The notes under the pieces: model-generated
What the model was told of the DNA's origin: nothing
Database searches by the model: none
The model's input: the letters and a program-made list of their open reading frames with translations, nothing else
NCBI GenBank assembly: GCA_016700375.1
Contig: CP065016.1
Coordinates: 30,001 to 62,000 of the forward strand
Reading direction: 5' to 3'
DNA from: Candidatus Saccharimonadota bacterium
Lineage (GTDB): Bacteria; Patescibacteriota; Saccharimonadia; Saccharimonadales; UBA4665
DNA length: 32,000 nt
Shown: one piece after another, positions 31,771-32,000 of the stretch
How the letters are laid out: each line of letters begins with the position of its first letter
Numbering within the stretch: position 1 is the stretch's first letter
Program-made: the position numbers and the translations under genes

Positions 31771-32000
31771 ATGAGTGATTTACATCTGTTGCCTGTGCCA
31801 AATGAAGTGAAACCAGACGCGACGCGTAGTGGTTTTGGGCGTGGGCTGGTGCGTGCGGGCGAGGCGAATGAAAATGTGGTGGCGCTGTGTGCTGACCTGA
31901 CGGGGTCAATCAAGATGGACGGGTTCCAGAAGGCGTTTCCGGAGCGGTTTATAGAAATCGGCATAGCCGAGCAAAACCTTGTGACCGTAGGAGCAGGGCT
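31771..32000 (+). CDS. transketolase, C-terminal (pyrimidine-binding) subunit, 5' part; continues past the right edge
   Basis: From ATG 31771 the translation is MSDLHLLPVPNEVKPDATRSGFGRGLVRAGEANENVVALCADLTGSIKMDGFQKAFPERFIEIGIAEQNLVTVGAG. This matches the transketolase Pyr-domain start (RxxFG...L...D...S...F...P.RF...GIAEQN). It is open to the window end and is not in the track. Confidence 0.9.
   Translation, partial: MSDLHLLPVPNEVKPDATRSGFGRGLVRAGEANENVVALCADLTGSIKMDGFQKAFPERFIEIGIAEQNLVTVGAG

Noticed and set aside
1-32000. tRNA, rRNA or tmRNA genes
   Set aside because: Scanning by eye for T-loop-like GGTTCGAATCC/GTTCAAATC contexts found only matches inside coding regions without cloverleaf partners. 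Nothing supportable was found. A tRNAscan/Infernal run would be the definitive check.

Overview
Compact, gene-dense bacterial chromosome segment consisting mostly of housekeeping genes. These are uppP (partial), a GH63-like glycosidase, yajQ, hpt, pheS-pheT, an MsbA-like ABC exporter, two FKBP PPIases, a glutaredoxin-like gene plus trxB, a GDPD phosphodiesterase, ppa, a Nudix hydrolase, gap, two tandem RpiB paralogues, an Rpe-like barrel, nadD, and a split transketolase (N-subunit gene plus the start of the C-subunit gene). Gene content and style resemble reduced-genome Patescibacteria/CPR such as Saccharibacteria: split tkt, a non-oxidative pentose-phosphate module, and many short membrane-anchored orphan proteins. 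That placement is inference only; no search was possible. No rRNA, tRNA or CRISPR array was recognised. The housekeeping backbone carries an unusual load of mobile and repeat DNA. There are two identical 960-bp IS481-family copies, one IS4-family element with two cognate MITEs, one IS200-type tnpA element, and a 'GTCATYCC' hairpin repeat family. Three insertion events can be reconstructed to the base. (1) An IS481 copy severs the first 17 codons, the SD and the promoter from a 3xLysM protein gene. (2) The IS4 element splits a Pro/Ala-rich membrane protein gene. (3) A roughly 80-bp palindromic element sits in frame inside the essential pheT gene. The best candidate for something undescribed is the 4.5-kb locus bracketed by the inverted IS481 copies. 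It holds a 977-aa orphan protein built from two 437-aa modules, whose 544-bp cores differ at one base while their flanks are strongly diverged. This gene is convergent with the 3xLysM protein gene. Neither protein has a signal peptide or a recognisable catalytic motif. Other points are recurring heptamer arrays (GTTAAGA x14, TATTTGG x4), a repeated TTAACT-N17-TATAAT promoter form, and -10 boxes only 6-10 nt from start codons, which suggests leaderless mRNAs.
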